Positions 1-13,167 of a DNA stretch of 64,000 nucleotides are shown here, piece after piece (position 1 is the stretch's first letter; the number at the start of each line of letters is the position of its first letter). Both the position numbers and the translations under genes were made by a program. This DNA comes from Okamejei kenojei (lineage: Eukaryota), in the NCBI GenBank assembly GCA_035221665.1, contig CM069153.1, positions 38,874,001 to 38,938,000 on the forward strand. The letters are read 5' to 3'. Under the pieces are notes generated by a model. The model had not been told where the DNA came from, did not search any database, and worked only from the letters and a program-made list of their open reading frames with translations.

Positions 1-490
1 AACATAGCTCCCTCCACCATCACTCGCATTGCAATGCATTCCAGGCCACCACAAGTCTGGAAAAATACTTGCCCTGCCCATCTCCATTAAACTTTCCCCC
101 TCTCACCTTTTAGCCGTGCCCTCTAGTGTTTGACTTTTCCATCCTGGGAATTTGTTCTGTCCCTCTACCCTCTCTATGCCTTCCATCATTTTATAAGCTA
201 CTATCAAGTCTCACCACAATCTCAAACGTCCCGAGGACAACAGCCCAAGTCTCGATTGTAACCATGCATTGTCTTTCCGCTGACTGGTTAGCACGCAACA
301 AAAGCTTTTCACGGTACCTCGGTACACGTGACAATAAACGACTAAACTAAATTAAACAAAGTCTACCCAACCTCTCATTGGAGCTGAAATCCTGTAAAGG
401 AGGCAGTATTCTGGTAAACCTCCTCTGTGCCCTCTCTAAAGCCTCACATCCTTCCCGTAATGGGGCGACCAGAACTGCGTGCAAAACTCC
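1..490 (-). mobile_element. CR1/HER1 LINE 3' fragment with a nested LINE tail at ~255-355
   Basis: - strand frame ALERAQRRFTRILP...ERLGRL is the CR1 ORF2 C-terminus. Confidence 0.8.
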
Positions 491-544
491 CAAACTTATT
501 TGCTTTAGAGAGGCTGAGAAACAGCAAAATGTAAATAGTATTTG

Positions 545-697
545 ACTCAGCGGGACAGGCATCAGACCTTCATCAGACGAAGGGTCTCGACCCAAAACGT
601 CACCCATTCCTTCTATCCAGAAATGCTGCCTGTCCCGCTGAGTTACTCCAGCATTTTGTGTCTATCTTCGGTTTAACCCAGCACCTGCAGTTCCTTC
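545..697. mobile_element. Penelope-like terminal repeat, inverted pair
   Basis: gaagggtctcgaccc...gatgctgcctgtcccgctgagttactccagcattttgtgtct family sequence. Confidence 0.75.
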
Positions 698-1056
698 TCC
701 ATGGCTAAAGCTGAAGCAGCTATTCAAAGAAAAGCCGTCTGCCCACAAAATGGAATGTGGAAATGACCACACGTTTCCAATAGCTGTGTAAAGCACCACA
801 GGGAGTAAATCTACATCAAGAGAATGGGACATTCTGCTCGTGAAAGATCCATTACCTGAAATAAGCTGTTCTTAGCTGAGCAAATGTTTGCTGAGTCCTT
901 GCTGGTGAAGATGAAATATACCAGCCCAATCACTCAGGTGCCATTTTAAAGACACATCCATAGTGTCATCAGTTAAAATTGTGTAAGTATGCAAGCAAAG
1001 AATTTCACAGTGGCTTGCCACATGTGGCAATAAAGTATTCATTAATGCATTGAAAA

Positions 1057-1252
1057 GTCTGAAGACCCGAAACGTCACCTATTCCTTTTCTCTAGAGATG
1101 CTGCCTGACCCGCTGAGTTAAGGGCCTGTCCCACTTTCACGACCTAATTCACGACCTTTTTTACTCGTGGACATTTTGCATCAGGCTAGAAAAACCCTCG
1201 GCATTTTGTGTCTATCTTCGGTTTAAACCAAGTCTGCAGTTTCTTCCGACAC
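1057..1252 (+). mobile_element. Penelope-like short copy interrupted by an insertion at ~1121-1200
   Basis: Family sequence is split after gagtta by agggcctgtcccact..., a possible DNA-transposon end. Confidence 0.7.
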
Positions 1253-1589
1253 ATCAAAAGTACCTGTTGGTATCACACCATAGGCAGCAGCTGTAACCCT
1301 TAAGATGTTTTAGCAAATAAAACAGCATGCTTCGCTAAAGCAATACATTTTACAGTTCTGTTGCGATAATCATCATGTGTAAGCCACAGCAAAAAACACT
1401 TGTACCACAAGAAAAAAAATGATTCGCAAACCACTGTTCTTGTATCGGAAAAGCAAGGGGAAGCTACTCTGCGATGAGAGAACATGAAAGGTTGATAATG
1501 TAACCCCCCCCCCACAACTAATGGAGAAAGATTCAACTTGAATGCAGAAGCACTTACTGACAGAAGCTGCGTAAAATGACACAAAGGGG

Positions 1590-1885
1590 TTAGTTTAGTT
1601 TAGTTTAGAGATACGGCGCGCGAACAGGCCCTTCGGCCCACTGAGTCCGTGCCAACCAGCGATCACCCCATACACTAGCACTATCCTCCTACACATTAGG
1701 GACAATTTACAATTCTTACCAAAGACCTGTAATGTTTTTGGAGTGTGGGAGGAAACTGGAACTCCCGGAGAAAACCCACGCAGGTCACAAGGAGAACTGC
1801 GTACAAGTAGCACCTGCAGTCAGGATCGAACCCGGGTCTCTGGTGCTGTAAGGCAGCAACTCTACCACTGCGCCACCGTGCTGCC
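1590..1885 (-). mobile_element. HE1-like tRNA-derived V-SINE
   Basis: A/B boxes (tggcgcag..gg, ggttcgatcc) on the - strand; V-domain tttcctcccacactccaaa; (taaac)n tail. Confidence 0.85.
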
Positions 1886-1975
1886 TCAGCAGGTGCTGGA
1901 GGAACTCAGCGGGTCAGGCAGCATCCCTGGGAAACAGGGATAGGTGATGTTTCGGGTCGAGATCCCTCTTCAGAC
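1886..1975 (-). mobile_element. Penelope-like short copy
   Basis: Reverse complement of the family sequence, ending ...tcttcagac. Confidence 0.75.
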
Positions 1976-2097
1976 AACATTGCAAGTTTAAACTTCCCAC
2001 CACAAACCAAGTCAAGTCAAGTCAAGTTTATTTGTCACATGCGCCTACAAGATGTGCAGTGAAATGAAAAGTTGAGTTTCTATTAGTTTAGATTCTA

Positions 2098-2388
2098 TTA
2101 GTTTGGAGATATAATATGGAAACAGGCCCTTCGGCCCACCAAGTCCACACCGACCAGCGATCCCCGCACATTAACCCGATCGCATACTAACGCTGTCCTG
2201 CACACACTAGGGACAATTTACACTTATACCAAGCCAATTAAATGACATACCTGTACGTCTTTAGAGTGTGGGGGGAAACCGGAGATCTCTGAGAAACCCC
2301 ACACGAGGAGAGCATACAAACCCGGGATCGAACCCGGGTCTCCGGCGCTGTAAGGTAGCGACTATACCTCTGCGTCACCATGCTACCC
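2098..2388 (-). mobile_element. HE1-like V-SINE
   Basis: Same family as 1590-1885. Confidence 0.85.
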
Positions 2389-2483
2389 AAAACACCTGCC
2401 CAAAAACAGAACGATATCCAATTGCTAGGCACAAGAAGCAAAAATCAAAATTTGTGGAAATTGATTCATTTCTGTTCACAGTT

Positions 2484-2690
2484 AAAGTTCATCCTCTCCA
2501 AACTGGTCACCAAGCTCAGGGAACTGGGTCTCTGCACATCCCTCTGTAACTGGATCCTTGACCTCCTCATCAACAGAACACAGTCAATTCGAATTGGCAT
2601 CAATACTTCCTCCTCGATAACCATCAGCACAGGAGCACCTCAATGCTGGGTGCTCAGACCCCTGCCATACTCTCTCAATACCCACTGTCC
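2484..2690 (+). mobile_element. Rex1/Babar-like LINE reverse transcriptase fragment
   Basis: KLVTKLRELGLCTSLCNWILDLL...ISTGAPQ.WVL.PL.YSL RT motif. Confidence 0.75.
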
Positions 2691-2809
2691 AGTCCATCAT
2701 AGGGTACTGACCAACCTCCCCCCCCCCCCCCCCCCCCCCCTCCCCCCCCCCCCCCCCCCACCACCACCGTAATAAAACTGTTATTTTGCAAAACATATTT
2801 TTGCATTAA

Positions 2810-3215
2810 AGACACAAAGTGCCAGAGTAACTCAACGGGACAGGCAGCGTCTCCGGAGAGAAGGAATGGGTGACGTTTTGGGTCGAGACTCTTCTCCGCA
2901 GTTCTCCTGCCAAACTTACCCAGTCTGTGTACCTGTCTAAATGTTTCTAAAGCATTGTGATAGTGCCTGCCTCACTACCTCCTCTGGCAGCTTGTTCCAT
3001 ACACCCACCACCCCTCAGGTTCCCACTAAATCCTTCCCCACCTCAACTTAACCCTATGTCCCCTTTAAAAATCATTTGGTCAGGTACATGGATAGGATAA
3101 GTTTGGAGGGTTATGGGCCAAATGCAGGCAGGTGGGACTGGTGTAGTTGAGGCATATTGGTCAGCCTGGGCATGTTGGACCGAAGGGCATGTTTCTACAC
3201 TGGATGACTATAGCT
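2810..3215. mobile_element. Penelope-like copy (2810-2895) followed by inverted CR1 3' tails
   Basis: Similarity to other copies in this window. Confidence 0.7.
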
Positions 3216-3711
3216 CTATGGTGATGATGGGTGAAAAAGGTGGAGCTGGAAGCCTAGTCACCATAGCAATCTTTCCTACTAAATGGTGACCATTCTTGCC
3301 GAGCATCTGCATAGCATCCCCTACAAGTAGTCTGGTTATTTCCCACTTAATGGGAGTGAACGAGTTAAATTACGTTCTTTAACTAAATTTTTGCGCAAGG
3401 TCCTTTCCATAAATTACTTTCACAATTTTGTTTTCCTATTGCGGGTGTTCTTTTCTGTCACTTCTTGGCAGATCGATCCCATTAAAATAAAAAAAAAGTA
3501 CTCTCGATTCTGGGCAGGGAAAGTCTTCACTTTGAGATGTCTCACAGCGTCAGACACGTAACCTGCACTAGATGGATCACCAACTGTCTATTTACTAAAA
3601 CTCTAGAAATGTTGTCAGATTCATTGATTGCTGACAATTTTTCACTTTCATTTTGTCATCGTCATTCGGGGTGGTGCTGTATTGCCACAGTATTGGACAT
3701 GGAAATGTTCG

Positions 3712-4130
3712 AAGGACACAAGAAATAGGAGTGGGCTTCTCAAACTCAGCGTGGTCCCCGCCATTCAGTAAGATTATCGCCGATTCCCAAACAAACCCCA
3801 TAATCTCTGACTCCCTCACCAATCTACCACTCTCAGCCTTGAACATCCTGAGCGTCCACAGTTCTCCCGCTGGACGATTTCAAAGATTTACACCTTTATG
3901 GGTAAAGACAGGTTTGTGGGTTAATTGGCTTCAGTAGACTTGTCCCTGGTATGTAGGATAGAACGGGTGTAGGGTTGATCGATGGTCCGAATGGCCTGTT
4001 CCCATGCTGTATCTCTAAACTAAACCAGTCTGAAGAAGGGTCTCTCGACCCGTAACATCACCCATTCCTTCTCTCCAGTGATACTGCCTGACCAGCTGAG
4101 TTACTACAGCTTTTTGTGTCTATCTTCGAT
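3712..4130. mobile_element. CR1 tail (-), HE1 3' fragment (3908-4025, +) and Penelope-like copy (4026-4128, +)
   Basis: Similarity to family copies in this window. Confidence 0.7.
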
Positions 4131-4289
4131 CTAAACTAAATGACTTGCATTTCCAACTCTGTAATATAATTGAGACTGGATGGGCACGCAGACAATGTTT
4201 GCTCCATCTTCCTTTGTGAAGTTTATTTTACAGATTCCTGGGTGGTTGCTTTCAGGTGAAACCAAGGCCAACTTTAAGTGCCTTTTAAT

Positions 4290-4440
4290 AGACAATAGGT
4301 GCAGGATAAGGCCATTCGGCCATTCCCTTCGAGCCAGCACCGCCATTCAATGTGATCATCCCCAATCAGTACCCCGTTCCTGTCTTCTCCCCATAACCCC
4401 TGACTCCGCTATCTTTAAGAGCCCTATCTAGCTCTCTCTT
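4290..4440 (-). mobile_element. CR1 3' tail
   Basis: Reverse-complement similarity to the 10250-10410 tail. Confidence 0.75.
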
Positions 4441-4565
4441 CAGGGTTTACCAATTATTCCTGTTCAAGTAATCAGTGACTGATTTCTTTGTGAAAGATTT
4501 TTGGTTGTTTTGTCACTGTTCAGTTTATCCTTCCTTGCAAATTAAAACTCCAGTGGAATAGGGGG

Positions 4566-4591
<26 letters not shown>

Positions 4592-4598
<7 letters not shown>

Positions 4599-4863
4599 GG
4601 CGGCGCAGCGGTGGAGTTACTGCCTTGCCTGAGACCCAGGTTCGATCCTGGCTACGGGTGCTGTCTGTTGGGGTTTGTACGCTCTCCCCGTGATCATGTG
4701 GATTTTCTCCGAGATCTTTGGTTTCCACCCACACTCCAAAGACGTACAGGTTTGTAGGTTAATTGGCTCGATATAAGGGTAAATTGTCCCTAGTGTGCAG
4801 GATGGTGTTAGTACGTGGGCCAAAGGGCCTCTTTCCACTCTGTATCTCTGAAAAAAAACTAAA
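4592..4863 (+). mobile_element. HE1-like V-SINE
   Basis: ggcacggcggcgcagcgg A box, ggttcgatcc B box, V-domain. Confidence 0.85.
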
Positions 4864-6224
4864 TCGACCAAGCATTGACACTAACAGGAAATTGAAAGCT
4901 GTATTGTAAACAATGTTTTAGCAGAGTTAAAAATAAAGCTTGAAAGCATTACAATTCTTTAATTCCAATGCCATATTTTTTTTTATATAGAAACCAATCT
5001 TATCTGTATAGATAACTGTCTATAAAGATCATTTCTGGGTAGTCCCTAGGGTAGCCATTATAGCAAGGCTTTGCCATACTTCAGTGCTTTTATTGCCCTG
5101 ATTTATACCTATAGTCTCAAATGTTATTGCTATTTAGTATTTCTGCATAGAATATTAATAATATTTTTAACCTTTTCAAAACAGAATGCCCTTTGCCAAC
5201 CGGCAAAATATATTTTGAACCATTTAATGTCAAAATAGTAATTTCCTCTTAAGTTTTTAATAATAGCCTTGTAAAACAAAGCTAGACAACAGTGCCAAAC
5301 TGTTGGAAACATCATTATTCCAAATCCATGTAAGTGTTACTCTCATTTATTTTACATTTTTACCATAATAATGAACTCCCTCAGTTTGCAAACAGTTAAA
5401 AAAAAAAACCTTCCTACCAGATAGTACAATGCTGATCAATAGGCCAAGTATGTTGTCATCCCAGCCATGTGCTAACAAAGGGCAGAGTCCAGTTATTCAA
5501 GGTTGGAGTGAGCAGTTAGAGCTGAAGGGTTGGGGCAGGGGGGGGTGGGGGAGAGATGGGGGAATCAAGCAAGGAATGGGAGCATACAGATGAAATCATA
5601 CTCAAAGTGCAAAAGAAGGCCAGTTTATGCCTCGGGCTCTTTTATTCTATTTAAACAGAGCCATCACTTGAATTTTTTTTTGTTCCGCATTCCAACTAGT
5701 TATATTCTTCCTGAGCTCTGGTAAGTCAAACATAATGGAGTGCTGGATGTAAAGTGAGAATCTCAAAACATGTCCAGTGACAATAATGGCTGTGTTTAGT
5801 TTACCATATGATCCAGATGCCCGCTTGCCTTGTGTGCTTACATTCCCATCTCAGAATCAGCACATAATGGGTTCAAGTGAAGCTGCGTCATTTGTGCTTT
5901 ATTGTTCAGGTTCCTGACTGTGTACGGATGACATATTAAGCAGGGGTCCGTGGTGGCATCTCCCTATGGTTCCGTTGAAATCCGTGCTGCTATTCCAAGG
6001 AAATCAGGGACTCCTTTTGGTGTTTTGTCCTGAGCACATTTCATAATGTAGTCTCTGTATTGGCTGGGTAAAGCCGTTCCCTGCAAAATTAATTTGTTAA
6101 GTGAAGCAACTTGAAGTATCTTTGAGAAATGACAAGATCCTAGAATCAATCCATGTCCCTTTTCCTTAAGTTTAGTTTTATTGTTGTCATGTGTATTGTG
6201 ATACAGCGAACATCAGAATGCAGA

Positions 6225-6515
6225 ACATAGAACACAGAACCTAACAAGCACAAGAACAGGCCCTTCAGCCCACCATGTCCATGCCGAACATAATGTCAAG
6301 GCCATCACTTATCTACCTGCACAGAACCCATATCCCTTCATTCCCTGCATATCCACATGCCTATGCAAAAGTCTTTTAAATGCCACTAACATTTCAGTTT
6401 CAACCACCACCAGTTCCGGCAGTGTGTTCCAGGCACTCACCCCTCTGTGTTAAAAAACTTGCCCCGCACATCTCCTTTAAACTTTGCCCCTCTCACCTTA
6501 ATGCCATGCCCGCTA
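6225..6515 (-). mobile_element. CR1 3' fragment
   Basis: Similarity to the other CR1 tails in this window. Confidence 0.7.
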
Positions 6516-6657
6516 CTATTCTGCATGCTATCTAATCAAATCAGATAATACTAGACATAAATACAATCAAACAAAACGCAATTACGATAGGTAGAACGAA
6601 GGAAAAGATACAGAGTGCCGAATATAGTTCACATTATAATGCAATCGTTTAAGAGAC

Positions 6658-6967
6658 ATTAGTTTAGTTTAGAGATAAAGCGTGGAAACAGGCCCTTTGG
6701 CTCAATGAGTCCACGTCGATCAGTGCTCCCTGCACATTAACACTATCCTACACACACCGGGGACAATTTACAATTTTAACCTGCCAATTAGCCTACAAAC
6801 CTGTATGTCTTTGGAGTGTGGGTGGAAACCGGAGATCCCTGATAAAACCCACACAGGTCATGGAGAGAACGTACAAACTCCGTACAGACAGCACCCGTGG
6901 TCAGGATCGAACCCGGGTCTCCGGTGCGGTAAGTCAGCAACTCTATCGCTGCTCCACCGGGCCGCCC
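6658..6967 (-). mobile_element. HE1-like V-SINE
   Basis: Family similarity; full length. Confidence 0.85.
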
Positions 6968-8759
6968 TGAATTACTTGGTCATTTTATCATGTTCACAGA
7001 TCGCACACTAAATTGTAGGCTTGCACCGTGATTATGATTTATTCTACATTAATCGGTGAATAAGACACCAATTACATGTTGAATCATTCTCTGGTAACCG
7101 GCGTTGGTACCAGCCAATGGTGAAGACTAGACAACGACTGCAAGTGCATTATTATTTTACTAGCTTTCCACTTCCTTTGATTCATGATTGCTATTACCTC
7201 GTCGAGCTCGGCCAAGGTATAACTACAAAGATAATATGACACCGTGGGTAGCCAATAAATGCCATAATTGCCCCAGATCAAGAGAGCCTGCTTCAGTTTT
7301 AGGTTCCCTCAACATCTGGTTAACAATTGACGAAAGCCCATTGTGAGTGTGGCCAGTAAATGTGCGCGGGCAGAACTGGGGGAATGCAAACCCAGAACAG
7401 CAGGGTTGTGACATAAAATGCCTTAATCACCATATTAGGTTCCAAGTGTGCAAATTACTTTTGGCTATAGTCACATTTCAAATAAATAGTCCCTGCTTCC
7501 TATTGAAATGATGAATGGGAAGCAGAGTCTTATAAATAGTAATATGCCAGTGGCATGATGACAACACAGCCATGTCGAGGTATTTGTCAGCGACAGGAAT
7601 TGCTACCTCTTATACGCAGACAGATGTACTTTATGATATGCCAATGCAAACTATTGAATAACAAGTGCTGTTGAGTAGCAAGTCTTAACTGTAAGTTTCT
7701 TTTTGATGTTATGACACAGATCTGGTTTCACAGTAGCTTAATCATGACATTAATAAGGAGCTTAATTGCCACTGCACAATTCCACATATATCAAAAGCCA
7801 CATTTTAACAATTGTAACAGTAGTCCATTTGGGTCTATTGTATAATCAGAACACACAGGAGAGTGTATGCCATTCATTATTGGGGCTTCTAATCACCAGC
7901 AGGTTATAAGATATTCCTCGTTCATTAGGTACATGTTTAAACTGCTGTGTTGCAGACTTAACCCTCAGATTTGGCCAAATTTGGACAGTAATTGGTTTCA
8001 CTCCCCATCGCCCACATAAACCACAATCAACCCCCCACCCCCCACACCCCTCCGCTCCCCACCCGTCCCCTGCACTACAACTCACACAACAACAAATGAA
8101 GAAATATTTAGAGAGTAACATTTTCCTTGAGACAAAGCAAATTGAAAGGCATGTTTTAAAAGTTAAAGTTGTTGGAAAAGCACCGCAGCATCGACACATA
8201 ATCAGAAACAGGGTGAACAGGGAGAATGCTACACCAGAGAGAACACAAACAGAGATCAAAACCATTAACATTGTTTTGTTTAAGGTGACTGATTTTATAA
8301 ATGATGTCTAATCTTTGAGGTGGTTATTCCATTGGAATGTTTGAGGTTTTCGGTGACTAGTCAGTGCCTAATGTACATAATTAATAACGTCATAAATTCG
8401 TGTTAATGCTTCTTTTAGTTCAGCTTGGCCTTTGTTGCTTTATCTCAAGGCATTTTTAATTTGGTTCACATGTTTGTCTTTTATCTAAGTGGTTCCCTTA
8501 AAGGGTCATTTATATTGCTGACTCATGTCAAGTGGAACTGTAAACTCAGTGCCAACCTTGGTGGTTCAATGAAAATGGCACAGAATGCTGTCAATGTCCC
8601 TCTCCCCAAACGACAAGATGCATTAGAGAGCATCAAGTCTGATTCATCTAAAGAATGGAAGCTTTATGTGACTGAAGCTAAGGCTTCAGCTAATGATCCA
8701 GCGATAGGAGTCACATCACCACCACCAACACCATCACAACACTCCCCATCGCTTCACAA

Positions 8760-8970
8760 GGTTATAAGGTCATTAGTGATAGGAGCAGAATTAGGCTCAA
8801 GAGATCGACTGTGAAAGGGGTTGTCTGTGAAAAGTTGCAGCAAGATCTTGATCAATTGACCAAGTGGGCTGAGGATTCGCTGATGGAATTTAATGCAGAA
8901 AAATGTGAGATGTTGCATTTTGTGAAGTCTAACGTGGGCAGGATCTACACCGTGAATGGCAGGGCTCTGA
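8760..8970 (+). mobile_element. CR1 RT fragment
   Basis: LQQDLDQLTKWAEDSLMEFNAEKCEMLHF motif. Confidence 0.8.
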
Positions 8971-9213
8971 GGCTCATAATGTGGCGATTAATCATTAGTA
9001 TCATTAGGGCTTATAATGTGACTCTTATCATTAATACTAAGCACCAGAAAGTGAAATGTTACTTTGTTAAACATAAATAATTTCAGATTTTGATGTGCTG
9101 GGGGAACGTGGATGGTGCTGGTAAAGCAGCATTTAGTGTGCATCCATATTTGCCTTTGAACTTTGCCACATGATAACAAGCCATTATAGGAATAGGTCAA
9201 CAACATTAGCATA

Positions 9214-9340
9214 GGTAGGAAGGAACTGCAGGTGCTGGTTTACACCGAAGATAGACACAAAATGTTGGAGTAACTCAGCGAGACAGGCAGCATCTCTGGA
9301 TAGAAGGAATGGGTGACGTTTCGGGTAGAGATCCTTCTTC
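9214..9340 (-). mobile_element. Penelope-like short copy
   Basis: Reverse complement of the family sequence. Confidence 0.8.
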
Positions 9341-10030
9341 TGATTGAGAGTAGGTCTGAACTTGTACAGAGGACAGACAGATATCCCCTAACACAGGACA
9401 TTTTTGGATGGAATGGGCATTACAGCAATCTAGTAATGCAATTGTCACCACTGCTGATATGACCCTTTAAATTTTATTTCACTTTCGATTGAATAATTAA
9501 TTAATCAAGTTGAACTTTTTTAGCTTCCACAATGGGTTTTAAACTCTGACCTCCATAACATTAATTTGGATTTCTGATTCAGTAACATTATGCTTCCATA
9601 ACATATGCTTTTATTTCAAAGGTGTATACTTTTCACAGTTCTGCAGAGGACAACCTCTGCAACCATTTCTTTTGACAAACCTATCAGTGGATGTTGAAAA
9701 ATCAACAACTCAAGGGAATTCTGTGGCAATTGTCAATAGTGAACAATCAATAGAACTTTATTGTCACATGTGCCTTGATGCAGTGAAATTCTGTGTTTGC
9801 ATACAATCCTGCAAAATTCATTCCATGCATAGGCACAGCCACCCGTGAGTACAACAGTGCAGCAAGAATTGCAATGTAAAAATAGTAGATTTCTTCTGAA
9901 GAAAAACACAAAGAGTCACCATGTTTCTGGGGCCATTTGTAGTTTTCAACTATCAGGATACTTAATAAGTCCCACAGAGTCTTGTTAGGAAACTTCAGGA
10001 ATATAGTCGAGAGTCAACAATGTTTTATTG

Positions 10031-10415
10031 GATCTTATAGAAACTTACAAAATTCTTAAGGGGTTGGACAGGCTAGATGCAGGAAGATTGTTCCCGATGT
10101 TGGCGAGGCCCAGAACAAGGTCACAGTCTAAGGATAAGGGGGAATTCCTTTAGGACCGAGATGAGGAAAACATTTTTCACACAGAGAGTGGTGAGTCTCT
10201 GGAATTCTCTGCCACAGAAGGTAGTTGAGGCCAGATCTTTGGCTATATTTAAGAGGGAGTTAGATGTGGCCCTTGCGGCTAAAGGGATCAGGGGGTATGG
10301 AGAGAAGGCAGGTACAGGATACTGAGTTGGATGATCAGCCATGATCATATTGAATGGCGGTGCAGGCTCGAAGGGCCGAATGGCCTACTCCTGCACCTAT
10401 TTTCTATGTTTCTAT
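10031..10415 (+). mobile_element. Young CR1 3' end with (tttctatg)n tail
   Basis: FFTQRVVSLWNSLPQKVVEA motif; highly similar to 56157-56428. Confidence 0.9.
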
Positions 10416-11100
10416 TGTCATACGTGTCGAATCGGAACAATTAAATTCTTACTTCCTGCAGCACAACAGGTTTCTAAACACATAGATAATATGATAAACA
10501 AACATAAAAAATGAAGGTCGATAAATTAAAAAACCCAATCTAGTGCAAAAAACAAAACAAAGCCTAAAGTCCCTAGCGCAAACAAGGCATCGTTCAGAGT
10601 TTAGCTGGAGTTCAGTTTGGTGTTCAATAGCCTGAGAGTCTTTGGGAAGAAGCTGTTCCTGAACCTGGACGTTACAATTTTTGTATTCCTGTACTTCCTT
10701 CCTGATGGCAGTAGTGAAATGAGAGCATGGCCAGGGTGGCGAGGGTTCTCGATGATGCTGGCTGTCTTCTTAGTTTTTAGCTTTCATTTTTTTTTTGTTT
10801 TGGAGATACAGCACGGAAGCAGGCCCTTTGGCCCACTGAGTCCGCACCGATCAGCGATCCCTGCACGTTAACACTGCCCTACACAAACTGGAGACAATTT
10901 TACATTTGCACCAAGCCAATTAACCTAACAAACATACGTCTTTGGAGTGTGGGAAGGCCTCAGAGAAAACCCATGCTGATCACGGGGAGCACGTGCAAAC
11001 TCCGTACAGACAAGCACCCGTTGTCAGAATTGAGCCCGGGTCTCTGGCGCTCTAGCTCCACTGCTACTCCACATGCTGCCTTCTTGAGGCAGCCCTTCCT
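10416..11100 (-). mobile_element. LINE 3' fragment interrupted by an HE1-like SINE (10797-11080)
   Basis: gggaagaagctgttcctgaacctgg LINE sequence flanks the SINE on both sides. Confidence 0.7.
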
Positions 11101-11736
11101 ATAGTTCCTATATCTATTTCTACTTCTCCGTTAGGTGGAGTCTGTAGAAGTGGAAACCCAGGAGTTGGTCTTCTCAGCCGGACTCAGGCATATGGAATAC
11201 ATTCCTAAAGTTTAGTAATTACTCTAACATGGCGGACTGATAAGAACTTTAGGTAATCACACAGGGGAGCAAAAAGGCATACACAATCCAATGCGGATAT
11301 AGGAGAGTTTATGAGAATGAAACCAAATAAATAAGAGTCTGCACTATATTAAATGACAATGAAGGATGTTGATTAGCAGTGAAAACTTGGAGTTCAAAAA
11401 AAATCTCTAAAAACACGAGTGGAAGTAAATAAAAGTATAAAAATGCCTAACAATTTTTTTTGTGTTTTATTTCTATGATCTTGATATTTCAAAAGAAATA
11501 AAAAAAGTACTCGTAGAAAACACTGTTTATGTCACATTTAGAGTGGAGAGTACAAATTTTGTAGTCGCATTATAGAAAAATAATGGTCCACAAAATAATA
11601 AAAATGTAGTTGGTTGATGCCAGGGAATATAAAATATAGTTTTGCGGAGATTTTCTAGCCAGAGAACACTAGAAATTTAGTGGCAGTTTTTAAAGTGAAG
11701 AATTGCAATGGAGCAAACAAGAAAAGACAATTTCTT

Positions 11737-11863
11737 GTCTGAAGAAGGGTCCTGACCCAAAATGTCACCTATCCATGTTCTGCAGAGATGCTGCCTGACC
11801 CGCTGAGTTAGTCCAGCAATTTGTGTCTTTTTCTGTAAACCAGCATCTGCAGTTCCTTGTATC
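11737..11863 (+). mobile_element. Penelope-like short copy with 16-bp TSD
   Basis: gaaaagacaatt(t/c)ctt at 11721-11736 and 11864-11879. Confidence 0.85.
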
Positions 11864-12139
11864 GAAAAGACAATTCCTTCTGGTTAATGAGTGTGTGACT
11901 CAATAGTGTCATTTTAAAGTTGCCACTTAAGCAGTGAGTAGATGGAGTGAGGCTTTATGGCAAAGAATGGTTCATGCAGTCACCATTCAATCAAAGGCAA
12001 AGTTTGATAAATAAAAAGTTATTGGAAGGACTGCAGATTTAGAGTTAGCAAGAAGGTGGGACAGATAATACTGGGCCAAACGGACCCTATTATGATCGAA
12101 TACACCATAATACTTCATACATAGTGTGTACTACCAGGA

Positions 12140-12417
12140 TGGCACGGTGGTGCAGAGGTGGAGTTGCTGCTTTACAGTGCCAGAAACCTGGGTTCGATCC
12201 TGACTACAAGTGCTGTCTGTACGGAGTTTGCAGGTTGCTCCAGTTTCCTCCCACACTCCAAAGACATACAGGTTTGTAGGCTAATTGGGTTTGGCAAAAA
12301 TTATAATTTGCCCCTAGTGTGTAGGATAGTGTTAGTGTGCGGGGATGTCAAGTTGGCAATGACTCAGTTGGCTGAAGGGCCTGTTTCCTCGCTGTATCTC
12401 TAAAAAAAATAAATAAA
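12140..12417 (+). mobile_element. HE1-like V-SINE
   Basis: A/B boxes, V-domain and tail. Confidence 0.85.
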
Positions 12418-12430
12418 CGTATGGCTGTAG

Positions 12431-12526
12431 ATAGACACAAAAAGCTGGAGTATTTCAGCGGGTCAGATAGCATCTCTGGAGAAAAGGAATAGGTGACATT
12501 TCGGGTCGAGACCTTTCTTCAGGCTC
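12431..12526 (-). mobile_element. Penelope-like short copy with 11-bp TSD
   Basis: tatggctgtag at 12420-12430 and 12527-12537. Confidence 0.85.
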
Positions 12527-13167
12527 TATGGCTGTAGTTCCTTCACTAACGCACCATCTTTCTTGATATTTCGCCTTTTGGCAATCAAAGATAATATTAG
12601 CACAAGAGTCTGCCGTAATTCAACATAAACAATGGTACTGTTGTGTCTGGGTGTGTTTTATGCGTATCTCCTTCAAATGAGTGCAGTATTACTCATCAGT
12701 CAATTTCATTGCAGAATGCATGTTTGCCTGTGCATTTGCAATATTCATCAAATTAGAATATTACATAACTTCTCAGCTACTAATGAAACTAATTCCAAAC
12801 ATGTCTCAGTAACTTAGAAAATCATTGCCGACTGGAAAATAAATTACAAGAACATGCATAATGAGTGGTGGGAAACAATTAAGCCAATTTCCAATAACGA
12901 GCTTTAATTCACTGATCAGAATTAGCACTGAGATGTAGGTAATTTTCCTTCACGTTGTTTCTTGGATCTTTGTGCTGCTGGTTATTTACTTGCAGTTGTG
13001 TCTGGATTTCTTGTGCTTTATCTCAACCCTGCTGTGTAAGCGAGACATTGCTACGTGCCTCAGTACATCCCAGAACCAACTCTGCTGACAAGCAGCTCTG
13101 TTGCATTTATGGAGGGCCCCATGGGGGTACCAGTTTCATTATGGACAGTAATTTAGACTTTGGATTT

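Noticed and set aside
5790-6070. Ancient Deu-domain SINE relic
   Set aside because: Only short degenerate similarity was seen, too weak to call without an alignment.
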